Shown here: positions 27,093 to 40,319 of the stretch, one piece after another
How positions within the stretch are numbered: position 1 is the first letter of the stretch
How the letters are laid out: the number at the start of each line of letters is the position of its first letter
Source: Lytechinus pictus
Taxonomy: Eukaryota
Length of the DNA: 64,000 nucleotides
NCBI RefSeq assembly: GCF_037042905.1
Contig: NC_087245.1
Location: 20,090,001 to 20,154,000, forward strand
Direction: 5' to 3'
Made by a program: the position numbers and the translations under genes
The notes under the pieces: model-generated
Told to the model about the DNA's origin: nothing
The model's input: only the letters and a program-made list of their open reading frames with translations
Databases searched by the model: none

Positions 27093-30000
27093 GATGAATA
27101 TTGGATACCGGAATGCATTCACAGAAGCAACTGGGAAAAAAACCCACAATTTTTCTCGAGCATGTTTATCAACCGGTATAATGAAGTGTGGTACACTGCA
27201 CCCCCACGGAGTAATAAATGTACTGTGATCAATACGGGAGAGAGAGAAGCAATGCAATTATGCTGGGTCTACCTTGAAATAAAGATTGTGTCCAATCAAT
27301 AAACCAATTTCATTTCTTGTCAATATCATCTACCAGGAGAGGGAGAAGGGGGAGAGGGGGAATGAAGAGAAAGGTGGGTATAAATAGAGAGAGGCATGAC
27401 CACAGAGGCAAGTAGATGAGGAGTCAGAGGAAGAAGAACAAATATAAAGGAGATTGTAAAAATATACATAAAGGACTTATATATAGGGATGTAACAAATA
27501 GGAAAGGGAGATGAAGAGATAGAGGGGAGAAAGATGGTTAGAGGAAAATGGTGGGAAGACGTATCCAGGAAGAGAGAGAGAGAGAGAGCAGTATACTAAG
27601 AGTTTCAAGAAAGAGCAAAAAAAAATGATGTGCAATCTTGTTTTGCATACCAGCACACACCCCTTTTAATTGCTCTAGTGTCATCAAAATCATGTAAAAT
27701 GGAGAGGAAAACATCTACAGGGAGTAAAATGTGCCAATAATAAGTTACTTTTGCTTAAAATCTGAAAACACAATAATAGTGTAATGCCTGTTCAACAAGT
27801 AAACATCCTTCTAGAATTAATAAATTTCACATATATCTTCACTAAATAGTTCATGTACAATGTATATACTAGTGGTCTTTTTTTCCTCTCTATTTTTTAA
27901 AGTTTCAAATTAAACACAGCTTCATCATTCATTCTACTATGGACCATAGGGTCCATGATTCTATTAAACATGATGCGCTTTCAAACCAACCCAAACACAA
28001 AAACACCTGGTATTCTACCCAGAACAAGAATGGTTGTAATAACTTTGAAAGGAAAACAATCGATAGTGTAGGTTCTTTTCAAAATTACAAGAACCTATGC
28101 AGGGTTTTCCTTCATCACAGAGATTTTTGCAGTGTGAAAACAGTTCATAAAAGCTTTACTTGCAAGTCAAGAAGATTGTGCTTTATTTGTATAGAAATAC
28201 ATATTTTTGTGGGATCATATCTATGCCTACAACTGGCTCACACAGAAGTGAATACAGAAAATAGATTATTTACTATTCTGAACAAGATTTCGTAATTGTC
28301 AGGTATTTTTGTGATCGAGTGGGTATGAATGTACCTAGTAAGCAACCGTTTCCGCACATATCCTCACCACAAATAATCTGATTATGCAAAGGAAACATTG
28401 TTACTTTGCACCAAAAACTGTGAACGCATGTGATGCATATAACGGATGATAACAGAAATAGGTGAGAGAAATGACATAATCAAGTTTTCAAAACTTGAAT
28501 CATCTCGTTAGATTGATGCATTGTTATGAATCATGCCTGCCTTGTCCAGCATGGCAGGGCATTCAAAGACCTTGCCAATGGAGTTCCCATGCCAATAAGA
28601 TCCGCGGTACAGTTAATTGGTAGAAATAACCTGATTTGGACAAATTTTCAGCGATGTTTGTTGAGACTGGTTTATGTAGGTCTTTCTCTGCCAAACATAA
28701 TAGAGTGAGCTATTATGAACCTTTTCAAAGAGTGCATGTTACATGTACTTATTCTCTTCCAAGTTTTTCATGTGCCCCTTCATATTCACAATTAATCATC
28801 AATTTGCACTATTGCAAACTTCTACATATTCACTTTACCAGGTTTTTTTTCTTGTCATACGAGGCACATAAATGTTATTTTATTAATTTGTCACTATTAA
28901 ATCAGTGTTCTCTTCATGCTTTGTATTAAAATAAATCAAACAACCTTGACATTCCCAACTTTTAATGGGTTATTATAAATATCTTTTTTAAAAATATAAT
29001 AATTTGCTCTTTCTACAAATTTATTTTTTATAGATTCATTCCACTCCTGATTGCCTTCTAAATTACTGTATCCCTTTCTTACTCTCATCTTCTTTCCACT
29101 CTCTGTTTGCCTACATTAAGTACTTTGGGCCTACATCTCCTATTCTCTTCTACATACTTTCTTACTCCCTCTCTATTACCTTTTCTCCCTCTCATCCTCT
29201 TTTTCTCTCCATCTTCATCTTTCTCTTGTTCTCTCCATCTTCCCCTTCCCTCCATCTCCACCATATATGACTGCAGCACCACTCATCAACCACGTTGGGT
29301 TATCACGCCGAGGGGGGAAGAGTGCTCTTCAACACAGAATATTTACTGAGGCTGAAGAACAGCAGCCTCCAAGCTATGAATCGCTAAAATGGATGTCTTA
29401 CGATGTAGGTCGCCATCGGTTTTTTTGTGTCAAGCAGACAGGCATATATCCCCCATAGCTTCTCGAGTTAATTGTCCTCATAATTGTTGTGAATGTCTGC
29501 TGTAATTGACAACCAAAAGGCGTACTGAATTTTATTTTTCCCTTTCACTGAATACTGGGTGCTTGTTTATTATGTCATTTTATCCACAATATTAAAGAGA
29601 GGGAGAGACCTTCAAAAAAGAATCCCATCAAAATATATCTAAGACATAATGTAAAAAAAATCCCTGTTAGTCCCTCTTTAATGAATACTGGGTGATTGCT
29701 TTGTTCATGCTATTTTTAGCAACAATAAATAGGGAGAAAAAACAGCTACATGTACAAGAAAAGCATCTCCTAAAAATATACCTAGTACAGTATGTCTCTG
29801 ATTTATACATGTATCTCAGGAAAAAAACAGTCTGTAAACTGTTTCCCATATATGATTTTTTTTTTTAATACATTTATCAACATGTATTTAAGATAATTTT
29901 GTTTCTGAATTTTTTTTAATTCTCAGTATTTATTACATTTGGTGCACTACTTGTAGAAGAAGCAGGAAAAAATAAAAAGTACATGGAGGTTTATGACTAG

Positions 30001-30756
30001 ACATCCAATTGCTTTTATAAAGTTTATCATTATACATGTATTTCATTTCATTGGGGTTTTTTTAATGATCTTTCTTCTACCCTCATTTAAAAGTCAAGGT
30101 TCAGCAGTGAGAATTCCTTACGCAGGTAACATGCATTGTAAATAGAGCGTATATTGTGCTAAAAACCAGAGAGAACACAGAGGGGTGCTTCTAGTTCTAT
30201 CCTCTCCTTCTCCCGCGTCTTTTTTTACCATTGAGATGGTAGTTGGTTGGTCATGTGGAGGGAGATCTTTGACCCACATCTCTCACTCAACGCTCTCACA
30301 GGTCGGGACAATGGCTGTTTACTGGCCCTTGCTTAAACTGGTCAATAGTGGACGCATACCGCCAACTTGCACTTGCTTTTCCATGTACACGCAAGCGATC
30401 GAAAGAGAGCGCGCTGCCCTGTTTCATGTTGTTTCTCCACAGCTATGGATGTCGAGATTGGTGGCAGTTGAATTGAGTGCAAGGTCACTGCTGTAGTGAT
30501 ACTGACTCAATTGCAGTAGAACTTAATATAATCAAAATGTAGTACAATGGTCTTTACTAACACACAAAGGTATAATACTAAGGTATATACAGCAATTCAT
30601 AAAAGACTGTTTGCATCATCTTTAATATCTTTATGTCACAAAAATTATACCAAAACATCAACTGAGGTACGTGTACATTCATTTAAGGAATAACCACTGC
30701 CGATATATACATGTATATGCAGTAGGCCTATATATGAATTCAACACATAGGCCTAT

Positions 30757-31080
30757 ATAATAATAATGATATAGAGTATTTATAAAGCGCCAAATCCACA
30801 TTGATTATGTGCTCAAGGCGCTGAAATATACTTGGTATATTATTACCCCGGCTGTAGCTGAGCGGCCATATAGGCTATATGGCCGCTCAGCTACAGATGA
30901 TATAGGCGCTAAAGCATTCAAGGAATAAATCCTACCGGGTACCCATTCACCTCACCTGGGTCGAGTGCAGCACAATGTGGATAAATTTCTTGCCGAAGGA
31001 AATTACGCCATGGCTGGGATTCGAACCCACGACCCTCTGTTTCAAAGTCCGAAGACTAATCCACTGGGCCACAACGCTCC
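30757..31080 (-). mobile_element. Full-length tRNA-derived SINE
   Basis: The minus strand begins GGAGCGTTGTGGCCCAGTGG (A box 31061-31071), has B box GGTTCGAATCC (31017-31027), a non-tRNA body and an (ATT)n tail; close paralogue at 59560-59852. Confidence 0.9.
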
Positions 31081-32054
31081 ACAGTGTACAAAAGTGTACA
31101 AATATATATAAACTGCATGTGAAAGGCCTTCAAGTATGTATCTATTCTAAAGAAACAAAACATGCATTTGCTGAGATTATTCAGCAGCAATTGAGTCTAA
31201 TATCTTTGACCAAATATATAGGGCCCTATACCAAATATTATACAATGTATTCATTATACTCTCATTATAATACATTTCTCCAAACAAACAGATAATAAAA
31301 ACGTAAGATTATCTGAGAATAACCAGAAGGAAACTTTACTCTGGACCTAAAATTGTTGATGAAGAAACAAACAAAAAATGATGTATAAACTAAAATCATA
31401 TTATTATAATTTTTTAATTTTTTAAAGAATACTGGCACAGACAATTTTAAATTAAAGGCGAAAAATAGAAGATCAGGTCATGCAACAAGTCTAGTGAGGT
31501 AGTGTGGATGTGATTGATGGTTGTTCAATCAATAGCTGAAAAGATAGAGGCTAGATGAGTGAGAAGAATTTATATCTGGTATACATGTACATGCACCTGT
31601 CATTAGGCCTATTTTCGGCTCTTTGTTGCCCCCATCTTCTACAGTATTGCTCATATAATTTAAGTTCTGTATTTCTGTCAATTGGCTAGACAAATAATGG
31701 TTGTACATGTCCAACACATACACTAAAGTGTACAAAAAGAACTGGTCTTTGATTTTCTAAAATTCAAGTTCTTCTTTCGTCTCTGACATGTCCACATAAT
31801 AAGACTAAGCCATACATATATTTATGCCGAAAGATCTTTTTTTAAAACATAAATAAAGTAATTTCATCTTGTATATTACAACCTACAGTATCAATGATAA
31901 ATATGAAGCATAGATTCGCAGTGAAGACCCCAAACACTGGCTTATAAACACTGCAACAGGTTTGATTTATATTTTACAGCGATATACATGTACTGCTTTA
32001 TTTTCTTGAACTTTACTTTCTGAATTTCATTTGTCAACTTCTGCCACTCAAAAA

Positions 32055-32175
32055 AAGTAAATAAATGAATAAAGAAAGGAAAGAAAGAAAGAAAGAAAGA
32101 ATGAAAGAAAAAAAGAAAGACAGAAATAAAATATAAAAAAAATAAAAAAGAAAGAAAGAAAGAAAATAAATAAAT
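32055..32175. repeat. (AAAG)n/(AAAT)n purine-rich simple repeat
   Basis: Direct reading. Confidence 0.85.
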
Positions 32176-34230
32176 ATGGTTTCATGAAATTTTATGTCAT
32201 GGAAAACTGGAAAGTGTAGACTTTGTATATGATTTCAAGTACATGTATTATTTTTGTTTTCACATATTTCTATTGCATTGGCTGCTGACATTCAAATCCT
32301 CAAGGTCAAGACAAGACATCATTATAATCCCAATCAGACAAGGAGAATTATAAGGCATTTATTCTCTAATTGACTTGAAGTAATCATAGATTTACACACA
32401 GCTGTTCTGTCTCAAGATTTAGGACAAATTTGTAAAGACACTTGTGCTCTTGGAGGAAAGAAATTACCTAGATAGTAGAAAGATGTAATTCTTAAAATGT
32501 AGTAAACTATCAAAAAGTGTTTAGTTCATCACCCAACAAAAATCAACAGAAAATATACATTAAAACATACATAGAAAAAATGAAAAACATGAATATGGAA
32601 CCAGATCCTACCAATAACCATATTTATTTTTCATGAAAAAATATAATAAATTTATAAATGAAAAAAAAATCATGAAAGTATCCAGAGGTAAAGAGGTGTG
32701 TTGGAATAATCAACCATGTTTCTAAATGAACCATCATTCATGGAATTTGACATTTTTCCCCACAAAAACATTTTTATCGAACCAGTGCATTTTATGCTAC
32801 ATGTTTCAGTTTGCAATTGGTCAATGTTGCCATTCCAAGACCCTGAAATGTATACAATGTATGTAAAATTATTTTCAGGTGTGCCCACTGCAACCCTTAG
32901 CCCCTCAACCATTCCCTTGAATTACACAAGTTGCTCAAATTACTTGGACACATCTCTCCAGGAGTAAGTGTGTCCGTGGAATATTCCTGTCATCGAGCGA
33001 GGAGGCATGCATATGTACAGTGTACGTGTGAGCACCAAGTTTGCGGATTTTATTCTTAAACATTCATAGCAGCAGCTGCCACATTTGACACTGCGCATAT
33101 CAGGTCTCACTCTGGCATTCGCCTTGAAAGCAAAATACATGATCGAGCGGGGAGGCCACGGCTAAAACAACATGAATATTCATGTTGAAACTGTATCAGA
33201 AAAGTGGGTTAATGAGATCCAAAACTCACAAATTACCATGGCAACAGATCCATTAATCGCACCTATTTTGAACGAGATTGAAAGTAATACGGATAACCCA
33301 AATTCTGTGTTAATGTATTGATGACACATTCAAGGGTAAATTAGATCTGGCAACTTCCGGCTTCATGAGTTACAGCTTAACTACATGTGACTAACAAACA
33401 ATATATGAAATCATATATGTACGAACATATCCCTAGTCAATTTAACTACAAAACACATGTTAAGAACATCCAAATATAGTTAATGCTTATCAATCAAATG
33501 AATACATGAGAAATCTTTCCTAATATCCAGGAGGTACCTCGCCGATAAGCTTTCATTTATAGCCAGAGATGTCCACTGGTGAAAGAAAAAACAATTGGGT
33601 AGGCCCATGATTAGCAGAAAGGGAAAATGGATATTCAGATAAATCATAATTATGAGCCTGTCGAGTCAACGATTCTCTGTGCTCTTATTTTAAAATGAAA
33701 AACCGTTTCTTGAAGATGATTCTTGATATAAGAGAACATATTAAATCTTCCTTAATTAAATCTCAGGGATCCACCTGCACATTCAAAGTTGCAAAAACGA
33801 CAGAAATATTACAAAAAGTGATTCAATGAAAATGTTAGAAAAAAAAAATGTTCTCTAATATACCACTATTGGATAAGTTGGATTTGCTCAAATGCCAAAA
33901 AGTACAGACAGGCAAATTTTGTGGTCCTACAATCTATAACTGATTGTCTTTGTGACAAAATAAAGCTTGCCTGAAATATCATCAATAAATTTCTTTACCC
34001 ATATATAAAATAGATTTTTAGATACCTTTTCTGAAATTCAGGGATGCCATAACAAATATTCTTATTGAAGTTTTTGAATAACAAAAAATCAATGAAAAGC
34101 ATGCAATGTACAAGTACTATAGTATATTTATGCTACAAAACAACACATATTAATTTTGCTCAGTTTTAAGATTGAAATTTTAGTTCCATAGAAGGATAAT
34201 GGCAAAAGCGTGAGGACACAGACTTCTTAA

Positions 34231-34817
34231 AGGTTAAGTCCACCTCATTAAAATATTGATTTGAATCAAAAGAGAGAAATCAGACAAGCATAATGCTGAA
34301 AATTTCATCAAAATCGGATGTAAAATAAGAAAGTTATGACATTTTAAAGTTTTGCTTATTTTTCACAAATAGATATATGCACAAATTAGTCGCATGCAAA
34401 TGAGAGAATCGATGATGTCCCTCACTCACTATTTCTTTTGTTTTTTATTGTTTGAATTATACAATATTTCAAGTTTTACAGATTTGACAATAAGGACTGA
34501 CTTGACTGAACCATATAATGTTTAACAACGGTAATTCCACATGTTCAGTGAGAAATAAAACTGTTTCACAGGACAATGAGGAAAAAATTAGAATATTTCA
34601 TATTTCTTATAATAAAATACATTGAAAAAAGTGAGTGAGTGATGTCATCAGTTCCCTCATTTGCATACCGACCAGGATGCGCATATAACTATTATGTGAA
34701 ATTGAGCAAAACTTTAAAATATCATAACTTTCTTATTTTACATCCGATTTTGATGAAATTTTCAGTGTTATTATGCTCGTTGGATTTTTCTCTTTTTGTT
34801 GGGGTGGACTTGGTCCT
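34231..34817 (-). mobile_element. TTAA-flanked MITE family A, ~587 bp, inverted relative to the 12568 copy
   Basis: TTAA|AGGTTAAGTCCACC ... GGTGGACTTGGTCCT|TTAA; the body is the reverse complement of the 12568 copy without its LINE insert. Confidence 0.88.
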
Positions 34818-35549
34818 TTAATGCCAGAGATATCACAGTATTCAAAATGATTACAGATTAGCCCTTTTCTGTTCTTGTAAATTTTGAGTCTTGTTATGAA
34901 AATAATATGTTTATGTACAAGTCAGCCCCAATGACAATTTTTTAAAAAGAAATCATTCATTTTTCTATGAACTAATGATGCCTAACCTTCAAGCAATACA
35001 TGAAATTGGAATGTGAAGGTATGCCTGTGCATCTGAATTCAGTCCTATTGTGTGATGTAGCTCGTAGATTCTGCATGCAGTCAAGCAGGACGTAGTACAC
35101 AGACAAAACGACAGTCAGTCATGACAGTGGTCTAGATTTCCTGAGGGTCCTCCCTACTGTACTAATGGTCCAGGGAGGACAATGGAGGATATCAACATTT
35201 GCAAGGACAATAAAATATCATACCTCGGCACACATACTCGTGAAATAGAGCATGAATCATTGTAAAGAGTATTCTACGCAAACAACCATCACAACACAAA
35301 AACCTTGATATTAATGATTTTCCCAGTCTGTATTGTTCTAGATGGCTAGATATTGAAATGTAGTGTATTTCTCATTCCTTGTGATTTTCTATTTTCTGTA
35401 TTCAGCAACATTTTTTCAATGTAAAGAAAAATAAAAATGGTAAAGTTATATCAACTTCCTGTGTGTCCATAGGTGAACATAATATAACAATCTTTGACAA
35501 GCGTTTTTAAGAGGTGAATTGAGATCAGTATGACCCACATTAGCCAATA

Positions 35550-36140
35550 CCAGCCAAGTCCACCCCAGCAGCAATTTGACTTGAATAAATAGTGGAGAAA
35601 AATATGTGTAACACTGTAAATTTGATAAAAAACAGATTAACTTTTATAAGAACATTAAGTTTTGCTTAAGTTTACAAAACAACAGTGTAAACAATGTACA
35701 TGTACATAGCAGATGTGAGAATCATCATGCACTCACCACTTTAATTTTTAATGTATTTTATACAAAAAAAGGGAAATTTAATCATATTTTATGTATTATG
35801 TAAAATTTTTATAACAAAAATGTTAATCTATTTCTCAATTTTTGTAGGTTTAGATGGAACTGCCGATTCATGATTTATATTATGGGGACTCTTAGGGAGG
35901 AAATTGAAAATATTCAATATTTGATAAGACAAAAGAAATAGTACATGTGTAAGTGTGTGACATCATCGGCTCTTTTACTTCCATACTGCCTGGAATCCCT
36001 GGATTGTTTTGTGAAATGAAGCAAAACTTTAAAATATTATAAATATCATTTTATGAAGTTTTGCTGCATTTTACTTGTTTGATTTTTCCCCCTCTATTTC
36101 ATTCAAAACAACTTCTTGTTATGGTAGACTTTGGCCTGTA
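35550..36140 (+). mobile_element. Old, highly diverged relative of MITE family A
   Basis: CAAGTCCACCCCAGCAGCAATTTGACTTGAATAAA at the left; TTTTGTGAAATGAAGCAAAACTTTAAAAT and GGTAGACTTTGGCCT at the right. Confidence 0.55.
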
Positions 36141-39100
36141 TTCTTGAGTCATTTTTGTGTTATCAATGCACTTAATCATTTTTTTAAATTCAGTAATGAT
36201 ACCAATAGCGTAGTGCATTATTTATATCATCACATTTTTCAAGGGAAATTGTTTAAGATCCCCCCAAAAAAATAATGATAATATTTAATAATGATAACAA
36301 TAATAATGATAATAATTATAATTATAGTAATAATAATAATAAAATCATCATCATCATCAACATCATAATAATAATGAACAGCCATACTGTGCTTGACTTC
36401 TCTTTATTTCTTATTTTTCTTTGAAATCAAATCTCAACTGTCAAATAAAATTCGGATTTGTATGAAAATTTTAGAACAACTTTTACAACTGGATCAATCT
36501 GAACATATAAATTCCCGTACTAGAGATGCCTTTTGTTGTCACTGAAATAGGGCTCCAATACTGCACACTGAAGGGAACTCTATGATATGAGTAATAACAG
36601 TTCTCCATAGAAAAACACGATGAACCTTGATACAGGTTTATTGTACATACAGAGTGAGAAGGACGTTTAGGAAATAACAAAAAAAAATGCTGAAACAAAA
36701 CACTGAATATATCACAAAGGAAATGCATCAACCTTGGGATAGTGCACAATTTTACAGGAATAGAGATTTAACTCGATGAATCCAATATCTCGGCAGTATA
36801 AACTGAGTTGGTATTGAACACATATTTCTTTGTGATGACATGGAATATGGATGGAACTTTAAATTGCAAGGCAGGGAGACCAATTTTCATTTTCACCTTC
36901 AAAATATTGCAAGATTTCAGAATAAGTTAATTGATCTTATATTGTAAAGATTGTCACTATTCCATATAAATAATAACAAGGGAAATCAAAATCTAACTAA
37001 TGTTTTTTGTAAGCACCACAGTATTTGCAGTATGAACAGAAAAAAGATACAGAATTTACCTTTTCATCAAAATTGTTTTTCTTTCTTCTATTGCAATTAT
37101 AATTGGTGACATGAATTATTAAGAAACATGAGAAAGTATGTAATGTAGGCCTACATGAAGTGATTACAGTAATACCACCCATGACCCGGCCATTTCCTAC
37201 CATGCTATCTTGATTTGTAGTGCTTAAAGCATAATACTCTATCAAATTATTATTATTTATTATCATTATTTATGTACTGTGCTTTTCCAAAAATGGCCCA
37301 AAGCGCTTACAACAAAAAGAACACATTAAGTATAACATATATTCTATCAGAATATTGTCTCTCTCCACAATTTTGTTGTCAAATAAGAAGAATAGACAAA
37401 CAATTGCAATTACTGAAAATGAACAAAAATCCTCTGATCCCATGCCTAAAATTATCCCCAGGTGACTAATTTCAGATATTACAAATATCCCTGTATTACT
37501 AAGAATAGATGTTAACTTACTTTCAAAACTTCATATGAATAATGGATTCTAGCCTCAAGCTCAAATTATACATACATGTACATGTACTATTTCATTCAAG
37601 AATTGAGAAAATAGACTAAAATGCACTTAAGTAAATCTTCCCATGGATACTGGTTCAAAATATGACAAACAAGATATAAAAAAGTAAGAAAATAGTGAAA
37701 TATCACAACTAAGTTAATGTACATAACTTGCACATGTATGGATCAAATAACATTTCTCTATATAGTATTTTGCAACAACACATCCCAAAAGTTACTCCAT
37801 GAGATTATACATCTTTAATTGAGTTCATATTATCTAGTTCACTAACTTTGACACTATAAAATCAAATGTTGAAAACATACTTGAAAACATACAGGGTTTT
37901 CAAAGTCTGGAACATTGAAAAGTAAAATGTTATCAGACTCTACTCCTGTACAAATGTATTTCATATTTAATTAATCATCACTTTTCATCATTAATAATAC
38001 ATTCCATATTGCTTACATTACAATATGGTTCATAATTATTACAGATGCATTGCTTTGTTAACTTACAAAATTAATTCATGCAAATATAATTACAGGCCTT
38101 AAGTTTTGAATATTTTAAGGGTAAGGCCACTTTTCTATAGGGTACGTTTTTATATTACACAATTGGGAAAGGAAAATAGGGCAACAAAAGGTTCTGTGGC
38201 CAATGAGATGGGCATTAAGGAGAGTCAATAGAGCCTCCAATGACCTTAGATTAATTTAGGCTCAGAAATTGAATTTTATTTTGGACACCTGTTGCATTTT
38301 TCTTTTTGATTTATTAAAGGAATATGATTTTCAAATTATCAAACATTATATTTGATTTCAAGAATGAATAATGATGTCATGGCAAAATAATATGAATTCC
38401 ATAATTGAGTGACATTGCTGGTAAGTACATGTACCAATGTTTTGTCAAAGTAACAAAGTCAATTTAAGTAAAATGAACCCCCTAACATTGAAAAAAAAAA
38501 TGCACAAAACTATTAGTTTTGTGTTTGAAGTACAATATTTCAAATATATAGACCCTACATTTGATTTTTTTATAGCAAAATTAAAAAGAATTTGAAAGAA
38601 AAACTATGAACTGGTCCCTTGGTCATTGGTGGGGCTCTCAGCTTTCTCTTTCAAATTGTGCATGAATTGTGAAATATTTAGAAAAGTATCTATCCTTTCT
38701 GTTAAATCTTGCCCCAAACTCATTTAAAGGCGTATTAGCCAACATTATTTTCTGGAGGGTAACATCTCTGCAGTATCAGTCATGAAAGTTTCTTAATATG
38801 TAAACACATGACTGTATATTTGCTGAATATAGGCCTATATATATATATTACGATGTATGTTATTAAATTTATTTTCAATTTATCAGTATTTATATATCAC
38901 ATAAATATATATAGGCCTACAATAGGGTTACCAACCTCTCAAATGTTTTAAGACACTGTTCTTAGTTCTACCAATGCATGTATAATGGATATAACCTATG
39001 CCTGGCCATAATTTATAAATAAAGTGCTGCAGATAACATTTTACTTAGTCTTAGATAGTTCACCTTCTCATTGCCCGATTTAGCTGATGATATTCCACTA

Positions 39101-39168
39101 TGTCAATCAAAATATTATGTGGACACAATTGGCAGTGATTTATCGCACTATATTTACATCTGACATAC

Positions 39169-39373
39169 CTTTGTACCGTTGCTTGTTGGGTTTCATTCCT
39201 GAAGCAGTTAGTCCGGACGGCTTGGCCTCACCTGGGCTTCGTGTGGTGCTATTTATTCCCCCGAAATTCATGGCACTTTGCTGAGAATGAATTGGCTGAA
39301 CGTTGCTCGGTCCCATTGACCCAATTCCACTGGACGAGTACGAGTCTTCGTGTAAATTCTGCGACGTCGCCAT
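39169..39373 (-). CDS. First coding exon of a large-intron gene, MATSQNLHEDSYSSSGIGSMG...KPNKQRYK; product unidentified (disordered S/G/N/Q-rich N-terminus)
   Basis: ATG in strong context (gcaATGg) within a CpG-rich island; 68 open codons plus 1 nt, then donor AAAG|gtatgt; phase 1 matches exon 20583-20657. Confidence 0.75.
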
Positions 39374-40280
39374 TGCAGGCTTGGTCGGGGAAAAAATAAG
39401 GTTAAAAAAATTGTTGAAATGTCAGTTATGCACTATATACTGTAGGAGTTGGCACACAGTTGTCATCCGTGGTGAAACACAGATGCGATGGATTTTCTAC
39501 CGGGTATGTGTCGCGAGGTCTGGCCGTGACCCCCCTACGCACACCGCTAGTTACCGACCTGCGACAGGGACTCCACAAACAGTTTACTTTCGTTTCGTGT
39601 TGCAAATTATAAACTGATTCCGACAGAAATGTCCTTAGATTTAATGAAGAAAAGAATGTCCATGCATTCAGGTATCTTCCAGACGGCTGTAGCCCAATAA
39701 ACAAAGAAATCTATCTAAAGAAATGCGCCAAGGACAACTACTATGTAGGACGGCCACACGGCTTACCCCATAAACATACACGAATTTTATCACACATAAA
39801 CCGTACGTAAAGAACTTTTGCTGTATTTCGCGTTCAAGCCATCATGCTAGCATGCAGGCATAGAAGGTGATCCCGACAGTGAACGTGTCCGCTACTACAA
39901 CGAATACATTATCTCTTAGGTGACCTGAAAAATCACGACCATTTTGATATTTTATTTTGATTTGTTTGATCTGTAATTAATGTTATTTATGGCATGTATA
40001 CAGTGAAATTTTACTATTTTGTTATATTTCCTGACACGTTTTATCCTATTTTCACTATGCTACCAAAAATAAACTTCATTTTATAGCACATGTATTTATA
40101 AATCTCCCTAAATATTTAATCGACTCGTCCAATATCAGTGACGTCACGTAATTTGACATCGAATGCCGTAATCCGGTAGTTTTGAATGTTGTGTGTCCTT
40201 ACGGAGTTCACGTCGGGACACTGACCGGACTGAATGAATGGCTGGGGCTCGGAGAACCCTGCTGGACTTGGCCGGAGAAC
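39374..40280. promoter_or_regulatory. CpG-rich promoter/5' UTR region, possibly bidirectional
   Basis: CpG rises abruptly upstream of ATG 39373; IRF/ISRE-like ACTTTCGTTTC at 39586-39596; CCAAT at 40129; full CRE palindrome TGACGTCA at 40139-40146. Confidence 0.55.
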
Positions 40281-40319
40281 ATGGACTTCTCATTTACATA
40301 TAACGGGATGATCGGGACC
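40281..40319 (+). CDS. Tentative exon 1 of a small divergent gene, MDFSFTYNGMIGT
   Basis: Strong start context aacATGg; donor ACC|gttagt, phase 0. An alternative donor lies at 40432 (CA|gtatgt). Confidence 0.3.

Noticed and set aside
31005..31080. tRNA gene (A and B boxes, CTTTGAA loop), also at ~59780-59852
   Set aside because: No acceptor-stem pairing or poly-T terminator; it continues into a shared body and (ATT)n tail in several copies, so it is a SINE head.
33538..33575. Strong minus-strand acceptor (gttttttctttcaccag) with a 38-nt candidate exon
   Set aside because: Stop codon in the phase-1 frame and a weak donor (gtacct); not supportable as coding.
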